Source of the DNA: Eledone cirrhosa
Lineage: Eukaryota
Reading direction: 5' to 3'
NCBI GenBank assembly: GCA_964016885.1
Contig: OZ024742.1
Span: 89,156,001-89,220,000, forward strand
DNA length: 64,000 bases
Positions 38,972 through 54,088 of the stretch are shown piece after piece. The position numbers and the translations under genes are program-made. Positions within the stretch are counted from its first letter, which is position 1, and the number at the start of each line of letters is the position of its first letter. Under the pieces are notes generated by a model. It had not been told where the DNA came from and searched no databases. It saw nothing but the letters and a program-made list of their open reading frames with translations.

Positions 38972-39583
38972 GTTGACTGTACGGTACTATCGTTCAATAT
39001 GGGGGAACGATATATATCTGTAATATTGATCCCCCTTTCAAAACTTCTCACTATAATTTAAACATCTCCCTATTTATTATTTATTATATATATTTTTCTT
39101 TATTTACTTCAATCAGGATTTCAACTTGTAATTTTTAATTTCTAATATTCAATCATAACTGTGAAACCATAATATCTAGAATTAAGTTTATATTCTCTTA
39201 GCGGCTGATGGTCAATTCTACTGTCCAAGCATAATTTAGGGGCAGTATAGAGGCCTATTGAAACTCATACTCTACCTCCACCACTAGGTTTCTGTCAACT
39301 GCCACTCTCAGGGCGACTAGCAGTAAACTATAACCGTGTCATATTACCGACCTGGATGGGGGTGATTGCTTCGTTGGGGTGTGGGAGCCCTGCCTAGGCG
39401 ATTTTCGTAGAATTTTGGCGTAGTGGATGGTCAACTTCCTTCTGACTTGCGCCTCCGCAAACCGGTGGGGATGAATTGGGACTCACAAGTGAACGGGCGA
39501 AGGATTCAAGAACACCCGGTTTGTCCGTTCCCTTGTCAATTCAATTTGGATTGCCTCGGGAACGTAACATTATTGTGCAAGAA

Positions 39584-39658
39584 GCTGTCTGATGATGTCA
39601 TGGCACTTGGTACATGGAATCGTGTGGCCACTGTCGTCATTGAAATATGAATCACAGC
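39584..39658 (+). ncRNA. Type I hammerhead motif, family B copy 1
   Basis: GCTGT CTGATGA, long imperfect stem II, GAAA TATGAA TC ACAGC. Lies within a ~220-bp repeat (39500-39720). Confidence 0.6.
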
Positions 39659-39719
39659 ATTATCATTAAAGGACTTTAACATCTGAAACTACTTCGCATT
39701 TTCTTACTCTAAGTATACT

Positions 39720-41440
39720 CTGTCGCTCGTATGTGGTCAAAGAGCGTTGAGTGCTTGAATTGAATTACATCAATATTTACTGGGACTTTCTATCGCTTTG
39801 TTCTGACTGTGTGTTCTCATATGTCTTTTAAGACCGCCCATGCTTGCACATTCCTTGCCACATTCCTTACACCTTTTCAGATCATAATCTACATGAAGTC
39901 TATTGATATGACTTTGTTCGTGTCTAATCAAACCAGATTTGCTCAGTCAGACTCAACCACAGTGTTGGCAAACTAGATCATGCTCAACAGCAGGCTGTTC
40001 AGAACAGTCTCTTTTCCTCACCTTCCTTTTCAGTGTTAGGTGTTCTCTTCGACGAGTTTCAAAGTGTTCACTACCTGCCTTGATCAAACGTCTCCACTTC
40101 ACACGCTCCTCAGCCATTTTCTCCCATTCGTCAGATGAAATTCTAGCGCAAGCCAAGGTTCCCCTGACAAACTCCCAATACCGCATTTTTTGGATTGTGT
40201 GGTGGTCGTTTTCTTTCACACAGTTCTCCGTAGAGAAGTTGCTTTGGAATGTGATCATCAATCATCCGGACCACGTGACCGCACCACCTCAACCGATGCC
40301 GAAAGATCATGCCCTCTATAGTCACGCACCTGTTCTGTTCGAGAACTTCCAAATCACTGACGAACATTTTCCATCGCACCCTAAGTAACTTACGATGAGA
40401 TTGTTAGTGAAACCTCTCCAGGTTTTTGAGGTGCGTGCTTTCTGTGTGTGACCCACGTTTCACAAGCAAAGAGGAGACGACACAAGTTAGATACACATTT
40501 ACCTTGGTTTTGATAAAGATATCTCGTCTGTACCATAAACGTTCATTCAACCGTCCAAATGCATCACTGGCTTTCTTCATTCTTAAGGATAGCTTATCAT
40601 CAAGTGTGCATGAATTGTTTAACGTACTACCAAGTTAAACAAACTTGTCAGCAACTTTTAGCCTCTTTCCGTACACGTACACACTTGGTGTAGTGTATTC
40701 TTTCCCAGGTGCTGGCTGATATATCACAAGTCTTTTCCAAGCTTATTGTGAGGCCCAAAGCGTTGCAAGCTTCAGAAAAAGAGTTCATAATATGTTGCTT
40801 GTCACTTTGTGAGTGTGCAAAAAGATCGCAGTCATCTGCATACAAAGAATCTCGGTTTATAGATGTTAATACCTTCGTGCTTGCACCAAAGCTCTTGGTG
40901 TGAACAACCTTCCTGAAGTGTGATACCTGATGTAAACTCCATGCAAACAATTTTTCCTGAATGCCATGAGAAATACTATCGTGAAATATAAGGGGAACAG
41001 AGTTAGAGCCAGAATGTCCCCCTGCTTCACTCCATTTTCTACTGATATTGGTTGTGAGATGCTATCACCAGTACTGACCCAAGCGTTCATCTCATGAAAA
41101 AGACGTAGAATCTTCACAAACTTTGGAGGACAGCCAATCTTTTCCAAAATATTCTACAACGACGTTCAATTAACGGTGTCAAAGACCTGATAAAGGTCCA
41201 TACATTGTTCGATACACTTTCCTTGCAGCTGCCGAGCAGAGAAGATCATATCCAATGTTTCTCTTTCGTTTCTGAACCCGCACTGTGACTGAGGCAACAC
41301 ATTCAGAGCGCCCTTGAGATCAATCTATCCATCAAAATTCGACATATGACTTTACCAACTACTGAAAGAAGTGATATGCCACGATAATTACCACATTTGT
41401 CTTTCCCACCCTTTCCTTTACGGAGAAACATCCTTCCTAT
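39720..41440 (-). pseudogene. RTE-clade LINE RT with C-terminal C2H2 fingers, decayed and 5'-truncated
   Basis: CGNYRGISLLSVVGKV, SQCGFR, GVKQGDIL, LYADDC, HRLRWCGHVVRM, PKQLLYGEL, LVCQHCG, CKECGKECASMGGLKRHMRTH. Confidence 0.9.
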
Positions 41441-41484
41441 CTTGTGGGATATTCTCATCTTCCCACATATTTTTATGAGGTCAG

Positions 41485-42210
41485 TCAAGCGCAGTCAGGA
41501 AAAAAGATTATATGAACTAAAAGAGTTCCTTAAAAGACAAGAATATCCGGTGAACCTCGGCCATCTCCAAAGCCCAGAAGGTTCCAGTGAAAACACTGAA
41601 AAGAACAAAGCAACAAAATCAAATGGAAAAAACAGTTATCCATGTTGTCATAACTCATAATCCAAGGAATGTCAACATTGTGAAAGCCGCTAAACAATAT
41701 CTCCCGATTCTCCAGCATTCCCCCAAAATGAATGCACTCATAAAAGACGCACAAATAATATATAGTAGACGCCAAGCACCCAACCTAAAAAAAAATACTT
41801 ACCAAGGCAAAATTTACGTCTGATAATGAAACAATGCAAGTTAAGAAATGCGGAACTTGTGAAGACGTTGAAGAGGGTGGGCAAACCTCCTTTAAAACAA
41901 CCAGATTTTCACAGCTTAGGCAAACCTGAATTGCAAAACCAAAAACTTAATTTACTGTGTAACCTGCACGCAATATAAAGAATATTACATTGGTGAAACA
42001 GGAGCGGGTCTACGTGACAGAGTTCGAGTACATAAACAACAAATTAAAGACCTCTCGGTTAGAAAGACCACATGAAGTGAACACTTCGCAACATGCGGAA
42101 AGGAAAAATTCACTATTTTCCCCGTTCTTTAAGATATGGACGGACAACAAACATTTCCGAAATATAAAGAAGAATTCTTCATTAGAAAGTACAAACCACA
42201 ACTGAAAACA
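41485..42210 (+). pseudogene. PLE thumb/linker plus GIY-YIG endonuclease fragment (Neptune/Poseidon-like)
   Basis: RLYELKEFLKRQEYP, VITHNPRN, YSRRQAPNLK, LNCKTKNLIYCVTC, YYIGETG..LRDRVRVHKQQI. Confidence 0.82.
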
Positions 42211-42436
42211 AAAAAATGATATTCCATCTTCAAATAACGGGATTCTCCCCACTCTCTCTTTTCTTTAAAAAACGCATATTGAAAAAAGAAAAGTATCCAA
42301 ATAGAAGGTGATAACACCCGCACTTTCAAACATTCGATCGTTGAAGAGAAGAACAACCTCGGTGGTACATTAACATTTCATTACAATAATTCCTTCTTCC
42401 TCACCCCAATGTATATGTGAACTTAAATACTTGAGT

Positions 42437-42511
<75 letters not shown>

Positions 42512-42637
42512 GGGAGAGAGAGACAGAGAGGGAGAGAAATGGCTTCTACGGGGCTAGAACTGTTTCATTCGGGAGAAATCATCAAGGGGCTCATACTTAC
42601 TGTTGTTACCCCCGATTGAACCCGGGATAAACTTATA

Positions 42638-42727
<90 letters not shown>

Positions 42728-42773
42728 AAGGAAATGCAAAGTAGTTTAGATTTAAATTCCTTCATTGATATGG

Positions 42774-42850
42774 GCGTTATACATATTTCGATGACGACAG
42801 TGGCCACGCGATTCTGCATAGTACCCAGTACCTTGATCTCATCAGACAGC
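42774..42850 (-). ncRNA. Type I hammerhead motif, family B copy 2
   Basis: GCTGT CTGATGA GAT..ATC GAAA TATGTA TA ACGC. Lies within 42722-42935, an inverted homolog of 39500-39720. Confidence 0.6.
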
Positions 42851-42993
42851 TTCTTACATAATAAGGTTACAATCAGGAGGTAATCCAAAATTGAAGTGAC
42901 AAGGGAACGGACAAACACGGCAAATGTCCGTTCCCCTTCGTGGAAAACTGTAGGCTGAGTTCGCGAATTGAATTACATCGATGTTTACCGTGT

Positions 42994-43035
42994 GGCTCTG
43001 ATGAACGCCAACCGCCGTGAAATAGACTGTCAGCT
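42994..43035 (+). ncRNA. Minimal type I hammerhead ribozyme motif, canonical core
   Basis: GGCT CTGATGA ACG-CCAACCGC-CGT GAAA TAGACTG TC AGCT. Confidence 0.72.
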
Positions 43036-43142
43036 TCTCTCCCTTCCTTCACCGAAACCAATAAGTGACATAGTCACTACTTTAAAACTGATAGCGTATG
43101 GTCTTCTAAATGTTTTTAATTAAACATACGGTATATTGTCAA

Positions 43143-43207
<65 letters not shown>

Positions 43208-43209
43208 TA

Positions 43210-44982
<1,773 letters not shown>

Positions 44983-45013
44983 TACATATGTGCGCGCGCG
45001 TGTGTGTGTATAG

Positions 45014-45092
<79 letters not shown>

Positions 45093-45339
45093 TACTTGGG
45101 GAGGGTCATATTGTTGTAATAATATTGCCAGAAATAATAACAGAACACACTCACTGTTTGGTTTGTTTTCGCTTCTGTATATTTTATATCTCCATCGTTA
45201 ATTTATTTGGCAATCAACGTTTATCCTTGATTGACCAACAGTTAAAAATAAATGCATGTATATATATATATATATATGTGTGTGTATGTATATATATATA
45301 TATATGTGTGTGTGTATGTATGTATGTATATATATACAT

Positions 45340-45890
45340 GTCAGGTCACCAGTTGGTGCTACTGGTAACATGCATGCCAGTACAACCTGTCTCATGGTCG
45401 GGTCATTGGCGACTAAACTGGCAACCCCACCAAGGATTCTTGGTGAGGAGGGTGACTTTGGGCATCCTGCAGGACTAAAAACAAAACCTGTCAAAGGGCA
45501 AAGGAGCTCTTAAGAGTCAATGGCCATCCAAAATCACCGGGAGAGATGACCCCTTAGCCTTTGTCAAGGCAGAATTCTAGGAGAAGGAAAACTCTGATAT
45601 AACACCTGCAACTCCGATGGTATCCAATAATGTTGACTTGTTCTTCTTTTTGGTAAATATCATCTTAGTTAAGAGAGTGGGACTGGCTTTGTGCAGTACC
45701 TTTGCTCATTATAAAAGTTTCACGGCACAGGCATTGCTTTATACCTGGAGATCTTTCTGCACTTGTCGTCACATGGTACCATGGGCCTGGCACTATGTGT
45801 CAATAATTGTCACAAATGCAGTGTTTGTACCAGAGTTTTCAAGTCGCTGGCTGGACTAAAAAGTCACACTCGTTCAGCGCATCAGTAGGG
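45340..45890 (+). mobile_element. Internally deleted RTE-like element (5' UTR-like head joined to a zinc-finger tail)
   Basis: Head contains TCTAGGAGAAGGAAAACTCTGA; tail reads CHKC..FKSLAGLKSHTRSAHQ*. Confidence 0.45.
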
Positions 45891-46931
45891 GTTCTCCTAC
45901 ATGTATAGGAAAGAGAACAGCGGTGACTGCTAATTTCCAAAACGTCTGCTGTAACGTTCTAATATATGGCTCTACCAGTTACAGTATGTTCATACTAAAC
46001 ACTCATGACAACGTTATTACAAGTGACGTTCATATCCACAAACTACGCATATTTTGCAATGAATCAATAGTTGCCAATTTCCCAGATTGCCATCACCATA
46101 TTACGTTGACAGATGTCCCACTTCTGCTTCTCGCCCTTTTCTCGTGCACGATCTTGAAAATTAGGTAGATTTTCTCAATGAACTGCACACTGGTCCACAC
46201 GTCAGCAACGGCTTACTTCACGGATTCATTTGAGGATACAGTGAAAAAAAAACATGCGCGCAGAGATATGTCACGTCTCACATCCGTTTTTGTAAAAAGA
46301 ATTCTCAGGCATGAAAATATATTATTTTTATAAAACACAGCTCCCAACTTGTTTTGTTTTGCGACTGCATTTTTTTATGCCTACATTTATTTTTACTTTT
46401 GTTATTGCAAACCTTTTGTTCTTGTCGCAAATTTGCTTCCAATGTGCTAATTATTTTTGCTCGGAAAAATTCGTGCGGATACGTTTGTGTGCGTCTGGTT
46501 ATTTTCCTTTCCATTGCGAATACTTAATATGACATGTTCACAGTTGTTATCTAGGTTCACCACGTGCGTTTATTTCTATGGTGTCTTTAACCGCCTCTAT
46601 CTCTTCCTGCAATATGTCCTCATATTTGTTTTGTTTGATTTTTCATAAAAGTTTGATAAGAGTCGTATTTATTTATGTTGCTATTAGCACTAATGCAGAG
46701 AACACTTTTCCTTATTATCCGAGTGTAAAATAAAAAAACATATAAAATATTTCATACTTGTCATCTTTTACTTTTACAGGGGAAATGAAAAATGAAAACA
46801 AAATTCTCACGTTTCTCTGTACTAAATACGCAAATATACTTACCAAGGAGTCAAAATAATAATTAAAAAAATAAATGTTACACAAGTAAATATAATTTTC
46901 AATGGCAAGAAAAAATAATATTAACATTATT

Positions 46932-47100
46932 TACGCCCTTTGCGTTCTGAGTTCAAATCACACCGAGGTTAGCTTTGCGTTTCATCCTTACGGGGTCGAT
47001 AAATAAAAGTACATGGGGTCGATTTAATCGACTTTGCCCTCCTCCCAAATTGCTGGCTTTTGCCTAAATCAGAATTTATTATTATTATTATTATTATTGT
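46932..47100 (+). mobile_element. tRNA-derived SINE, 5'-truncated (long subfamily) with (ATT)n tail
   Basis: B-box-like GAGTTCAAATC, central domain, GGGGTCGATTTAATCGACT. Confidence 0.8.
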
Positions 47101-47533
47101 TAGTCGGCAAAAAAGACGTGTTTTTGGAAGCCTCATGAATTCGGGAATTTGAGCTACTTTTTTTTATTTGTATTTGCCATTTTGTTATTTCAAAGAAGTC
47201 GTAAGACTTCCGTCTTTTCCCTGTGAAACGGAGACTATATAATATTTTGGACTCTTGGCCCAGATATATATATGAACTTTATCCCTTTTGTTTAAAAAAA
47301 AATATCGTCAAAAAACATGGCGGAGACCCCATCCCCTACGTTGAGTCTGCTTTCGTGTAGCAGCTGCAGAAACGTTGACAGGATAGATGCTGTCCCCACT
47401 TCCAACACCTTTAAAAAAAAAAGTATAAACACCACCACAGCATGCAGCGTCAAAGACAGCCACACCTGCAACACCATCAACTGCAACAACGACAACAACT
47501 CACTCCAACAGCACCAAGAACAACAATGGAATT

Positions 47534-47722
47534 AATAACTGTTTCTACTTTTGACACAAGGTCAGCAAATACCCAGTACATTACTGGTACTTTATTTTAT
47601 CAACTCCGTAAGGATGAAAGGCAAAGTTAACCTCGACAGGATTTAAACTCAGTCTGTAAGGGGACGTAACTCTATGCTGCAAAGCATGGTGTCCGACGCT
47701 CTACCGATACTGCCAACCCACC
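47534..47722 (-). mobile_element. tRNA-derived SINE (short subfamily)
   Basis: Homologous to 5562-5747. Confidence 0.82.
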
Positions 47723-48049
47723 GAATAACAATACCAATGACAGCATGACCAACAATTACAATAGTGTGAGCAACGACACCACATGCACCAGCAACATCAA
47801 CAACAATAACAACTATAACAACAACAGCAACAATGAACGGAAGAAGGAAGGCGACAAGCCGAAGATTACCACTAGCAACAACACACATTTGCAGCTGCAA
47901 AACTAAGGAAATTCTACCAAGCAGATGTTTCGAACAAGGAGGAAGATTTTGCCCAGGCGTAGAAACCATCTTGGTGCTGTTCAAAACCGAGACCCCTGCT
48001 ATTAAACACTCAGTGGACCCCTTGTAGAATGGATCGCATTGTGATGTAC

Positions 48050-51000
48050 CCGTCCAACAGGAGTAAGAGGAGAGTAAATGTTTTTTTGTGCCACGAGACC
48101 TCTGTTGGCATCCTTTCTGTTCATCCAATAATAAGTTGTATATGTTGAGGTGGTGGTAGACTTCTTTAAACCTAATGCTTGCAACCAATTTCCACATAAA
48201 ACAGACTTGTGATAGGGCTATATTTGATAATAACATCATTTGCGATGGCTTGGTCTTTTATTATTAGAACTGACTTGGTATATTACGACTAAGTTTGATA
48301 TTGCTTTGGGCCGGTTATTTTAAGAAGAACTGGGCTACAACTAGTAACCGAGAGTAATTCCAGCTTTTTCCTATCATTCCTTGTCAATTTCACAATTGCT
48401 GATAGTTCAGAACCTTTCTCGATATTCGGGCTGTTACCACGGACATGTCTTTGGTGCGGTTCAATCCCTGGTGTAAACTCTATCTTCGACGTGTTGTTTT
48501 CAACGTTTTTTGTAACCATGCCACGACCCCCGATCAAAACTGCAATATGCTAACCACCTTAGCAGCCTTTATTATTATCATTCTGGGCGGTGGATTGGCA
48601 GTATCGGTAGAGAGTCGGACACCATGCTTTGAAGCATAGAGTTACGTCCCTTTATGATCTGAGTTCAAATCCCGCCGAGGTTAACTTTGCCTCTCATCCT
48701 TACGGGGTCGATAAAATAAAGTACCAGTAATGTACTGGGTAATTGCTGGCCTTGTGCCTAAAATAGAAACAATTATTATCATTCTGGGCTCACTGCTTAC
48801 AATCTAAAACTATATGGGCAACTGTCTCCGCTTTTTCTCCACACATTCGGCATTCAGCTTGAACATCATTCTCGTGAATGTGTTTCATTACCCACCTTGT
48901 TCTTATGGCTTCATCATGCGTTTTTCTTTTCTTAATGTAGCCTTTCCGTAGACATAACCAAGTATATTTGTTATTATACACGTTTCTTGTTTTCTTAAGG
49001 AATGCTCAATGCAGGTGTAGGTGCTTTTCATCAAATGCTTTTTTACGCTCTTGAGTAATCTCAGTTTGTTTTTGTTTTTGTTATTTTTTTTGTTTTTTTT
49101 TTCTAGTCTCAATTTTTTTCAAATATGCCTACCATAATAACCTCAAATAGACACTTTTCGTCCTCATTCTTAGGTACAATCCCATACTACTTTCTTCTAT
49201 TTTGCCAGGATCCTGTACACTCAACAATCTCATACCTCCTTCCTTTCTTTTCCAATACAACCTGTTTACACCACCTTGTGCTTGCATACTTCAATAGATA
49301 GTGACCATTTTCCTTGTCCTGCGACCAATTTCCTTTAACTCTACCTTTGTTCATTCTACTCTGTCTGCCCCATATCTAATTAATGAAACAGTTCTTGAGT
49401 TTATTGCCTGCACAGTATTTCCATCATCAAAAGCTGGACTTAAGTATCGTCCTCAATCTTCCAATATACTCTTTTCTGACAATTTCTTTCATTATTTGCT
49501 TTTCTACATTATGGCGTTGTAACACACCTAGATATTTATATGCTTTGTCTGTTTCCAATGACTTGATTCTTTCTCCGTTTGTTAGTCCGATTCCATTATA
49601 CCTTACCAACTTTCCTTACCACGATTTACCTCTATAATTGCTCACTTTGAAGTGCCAAACCCTATCCCAATCTCTGAAATCACTGACATTTTTCTGAAAT
49701 CACTGACATTTTTCAGTAGGGTGTCTTGTTCTTCTACATTACTGTATAGTTTTAAATTCTCCATAAACAATAAATGCTTAGACTGTATCCAATTGGCATG
49801 CTTTTACGAACAACTGACAGTGTTATCATTGCAGTATCAAACAAAATTGGTGATAAACTCTCAACTTGGTCATTATCGCTTGATCTTCACATCACCTAAT
49901 TTTTCTCCAGCTGATGCCATTCCTACTTTCCACTTAGCCATTAATTTCTCTATGAGGATCTTGATGTTGCCTGATACGTCATATATATCCAAACAGTGAA
50001 GAATCCAAAACTACGGTACCAGTTCATTTGCCTTCTTGGTGTCAAACCAAGCACAGAACAGGTTGGTGAGCCTCTTGCAGATCTTCGTTACCATTTTATC
50101 AATCATCAGCTGGTTTTTCGTTCCGCTGCTATTCGTCCTTACCACTTCTGCTCACCAGTAAGTAGATTTACTCTCTCCATGTGCGTATGTTTTCTGAAAA
50201 TATTCCTCTTATGAGCTTCCACTTCAAAAGAAGACATTTAATTGGTTTGAAATTTGAAACTTTGTTACCTTTACTGTCATCTTTATGTATCAAACATGTG
50301 CGTCCTTTTGCCATCCATTTCGGTGTTTCCCAAATCTAAGGACTTCATTTAACTATGTAGTTATTCTTTCATGTAATTTACATGATCTGGCCCACTTGCT
50401 CTCCATTTTGGCATCTTTTTGCAGCTAGGTATTCATCATCTCTTGTTATTTTGATATTATTTCGCTTCTGTACACGATACCTGTTTTGCAACTTTCTTTA
50501 TCCAATCTACTTTATCATTGTCTTGAATAGATTTGCTTCAGATGTTTTTCCAAAAAACAATGCTTTCTTCTGCATCGTGTCTTACATCATCGTTCCTTTT
50601 GATTCCTTCCAGTTTCTCTATTTTTGGGGGTTGATTTGAAAGAGACTATTCTGCATGTATTGGTTACTTCATTATTCGTATTTCATTAGTTTTTTTAATC
50701 TTTGATTTTAATTGTTGCTTCAACTCTTCCTCACTGCATTAATTCCCTTCTGTTTCACATGATATTGTATTTCTAGTACTCCGTTTATCAATTCGTTATG
50801 TAACCTTTCATTCCTCCAATTTGCTTAACATCTTCCCTCAATTTTCTAACAATAACTGAACCCTTCCCTTCTACATTGGCTCTGCCGAGCGTGAAACTTT
50901 CACCTGGGGTTCCAGTCTCAAATACGCCGTTTTCTACATTCAATGTATTTGACATTTCCATTCATTTGAGCTATTGCGGATTAACGTTTTCCGTTTCTAG

Positions 51001-51050
51001 TATTTCTATCGTGACACCATCAATAGATAGATTGTCTACTATGAATTAAA
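48050..51050 (-). pseudogene. Dong/R4-like (restriction-like endonuclease) LINE RT fragments, decayed, interrupted by a SINE
   Basis: DEQKGCQQRSRGTK, SSGTKNQLMIDKMV, HLLFMENLKLYS (a degenerate FMDDLKL), YKYLGVLQ, CRMCGEKAETVAHIVLDC. Confidence 0.78.
48585..48780 (+). mobile_element. Full-length tRNA-derived SINE with 18-bp flanking direct repeat
   Basis: A and B boxes present; ATTATTATCATTCTGGGC at 48571-48588 and 48772-48789. Confidence 0.9.
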
Positions 51051-52265
51051 GAGCCTCCAACTACCCTCGTCTAGAGAAAACTATGTCTCACGCCAGGTTT
51101 TAAACTAGTATTAATGATGATTCGTTTGTCTTTACGACGGTCTCTTATAAGAATGCCGAAACAGCTTGGTGTCCTTCACGGACCGGTTAAATTACTCGGC
51201 ATTTGGTTTGGTCCTGACCTCCTGATGGAGATGCAATGAAGTAAAAAGCAGGGTGGCTACTCTCACCGAGAAATGGGCCGAGGTGAAGCTATCCCTAAAC
51301 GGTCGGGCAGAGATGGCGAACGCGTCGTCACGTCCCTCATCTATTACCGCCTGACCGTTGGGCCTTTCTTAGTCCACGTCTAACTAAAATGGGGCATTCG
51401 TTCTTTCGCATTTTGTCAAAAGGGACGGGTTCCACTCCTCAGGCGGTCCATTTCCTTTCAGCACCTGCTGCGTGGGAGACTGTGTATGTCGTGACTGATG
51501 ATGCACAAACATGCGCTGAGGCTGCATCATCTCTAGCCTTTCCTTGCAGTGTATAAGTGTGGCCGCTATTCGCCAGGCACATGTTTCGCCAGTTCATTTC
51601 TTTGATGGAGCTAGAGTCACGAGTCAAGCAAAGATCGTGCGGGAGCGCTTGTAAACTGGAATGTCTTCAAATGTTCACAGCCCTCAGCCGGTCGGTCACT
51701 GTGATCGGTAGAAACTCTATCTTCGCGTTCTATAGAGGAAAATGGCGGGGGAAAGCGACGACGTTCTTGGAGAGACGAACTAGCCGCTCCCATCCGGAGA
51801 AATTTCAGCCGAGGGCCGCGGCATATGTTCCAGAAATTCCTGGCCTGGCAGTGCTACCGGGAGCTTTGGCAGTTTGAGATAAACTCTACAGACATAGATG
51901 TGCCGTCAGCCAAATATAACCGAAATGCGCTCAGGGTGACAAAACCATACTACGTGCACTGGTTCAGTGCCTGAGCTTTGCTGGTTTGTGGGTTTATGCA
52001 GAACATCTGCTGTCACGTGTAAGACGGATCGGGTTATCAAGTAAATCCATTGTGAAGATCGCCCACCACGTTCCTTTAATCGAGAAGGACAGGTCGTTGT
52101 TATATAGCCGAGGGCCATGGGGAACAGCTTGCATGTTAGCCACGATTGAAGGGACTGGATACAAACACCTTCCCCTTTGGCGAATCCCTCATCTATTTCT
52201 TCAAGTTTCAATTGAAGTGTAGCGAGCATGGTCCAAGTGAACAGGCCTGCCTGAGTATACACCTA
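51050..52265 (+). mobile_element. Tx1 ORF2 3' fragment, heavily decayed (duplicated at ~61170-62355)
   Basis: GPVKLLGIWFGPDL, SLAWQCYRGALAV*DKLYRH, ETILRALVQC-like segment. Confidence 0.8.
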
Positions 52266-52299
52266 TAATTCTTAATGGTTTTTCTTGATGTGAAACCTA

Positions 52300-53010
52300 G
52301 GCCACTGTATTTGTACAGGCTTTAAAATGCCACATTTTCTTAATTTCACTTGTCAGATCTTTATATTAACTGAGCTTTTTAAACTCTTTCGTGGCGATGT
52401 TACGATCTGATGGAATGCTCATGACAATTAAAAAAAAATGTTTTCTCTATATTGTCTTTCACAATTATATCAGGTCTGTTGGTCTTCATTGTTCTGTCAG
52501 AGTTCATAGGTATAGCTCATAGGAATGTCACATTCTCGAATCATTGTACTACATCTGGGTGCCGGTTGTACCATATTCCTTCTGTTTTTATACCATAAAA
52601 CCTGCATTTTACCCAATGTAAATATTTTCCCACTCTATCAAGCCTCGTTTTATATTCTTGGGGTGCTAATTCTTTCGAGCCTGAAACCATGTGATCAATG
52701 ATCGTAACACGCTCTTCACAGAAGCCGCACTTTGGATCAGTTTCATTAATTTTAGTAATTATTATTATTATTATGAATTTGATATCTTAGTCATTGATTT
52801 TATTTAACCTGAAAATTAGCGCAAATGAATATCAAGCTGCTAGGTGTAGACTCAGATATTCAAGACGAATTGGAATGCCCTTGCATGCCTTTTGAAGTCT
52901 TCCAAAAATGGAAGGTGAGGTAATACTCTTTATCCAGTCTTAGAAACTCTTCGAGATATATATTAGTGCTCTTATGACGATGACGACCTTGATCTCATGA
53001 CAATCCCAAA
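52300..53010 (-). mobile_element. Dong/R4-like LINE C-terminal CCHC plus RLE nuclease fragment (duplicated at ~62390-63110)
   Basis: DPKCGFCEERVTIIDHMV; MSIPSDRNIATKEFKKLS*YKDLTSEIKKMWH. Confidence 0.7.
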
Positions 53011-53049
53011 TCCTTTTTCAGTTCCTACTCGGATACGATGTGAGCCACA

Positions 53050-53052
<3 letters not shown>

Positions 53053-53126
<74 letters not shown>

Positions 53127-53243
53127 CTCTCCCTCTCTCTCTCTCTCTCTATCTCTTTCTCTCTCTCTCTCTGTCTCTCTCTCTCTCTCATTCTCTCTCT
53201 CTCTCTCTCACTCTCTCTCTCTATCTCTCTCTCTCCCTCTCTC
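53053..53243. repeat. (CT)n microsatellite (paralog at 63158-63283)
   Basis: Directly visible. Confidence 0.95.
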
Positions 53244-53449
53244 CACAAATCCTACTCCCTGTCAATATGATATTCCCTCCACTTCATTCTAAGGGCCGGC
53301 TCCAGTGCAGTTAGTAGCATTTCTTCGCTGGTGCCTCTTTCTTGTACAAATTGAACTATTTATCATAACGTCACTAAATTATGTAGTTGTTCAAAAGTGT
53401 TAACTGTGTTATCAGAATATTTAAAAAACACACATGATGATCTTATTAC

Positions 53450-53672
53450 ATAATTGTTTCTCCTTTAGGTACAAGGCCAGCAATTTAAATGGGTGGGAAA
53501 AGTCAATTAAATCGACCCCAGTGCTTTACTGGTGCTCTATTTTATCGACCCCATAAGGATGAAAGGGAAAGCTAACCTCGGCGGGATTTGAACTCAGAAC
53601 GTAAAGGGACGTGACTCTATGCTGCGAAGCATGGTGTCCGACGCTCTATCAATAATACCAATCCACCACCCG
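53450..53672 (-). mobile_element. tRNA-derived SINE (long subfamily; paralog at 63490-63711)
   Basis: B-box, central domain and the extra GGGGTCGATTTAATTGAC segment. Confidence 0.85.
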
Positions 53673-53911
53673 ACAGGTTATAATCGTAACTTGACGCAAT
53701 GAAATATGCAACACATTCAGTCCAACAATGACGTTTCAGAATTCTAGTGAACTGAGTATTATTGTACGTCGTAATACACTGCTTAGAACTGCATGTGCAT
53801 CAAGAACAAGTTTCACACGCAAATGAAAATACGTGATGATTGTGGAAGAAATGGGGCTGTGACAAACTATAGAACACAGAGAACAGCGTTCGCTACACTT
53901 GTGTTACTCTT

Positions 53912-54088
<177 letters not shown>

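Noticed and set aside
39200-39275. CTGATGG...GAAAC hammerhead-like segment
   Set aside because: A9 is changed, and no stem I or cleavage triplet was found.
42545-42590. TTGATGA...GAAAC on the minus strand
   Set aside because: U3-G8 mismatch, and the 3' side is truncated by (GA)n. At most a dead remnant.
48585-48675. tRNA gene
   Set aside because: A and B boxes are present, but there is no cloverleaf and the sequence continues into a multi-copy SINE body.
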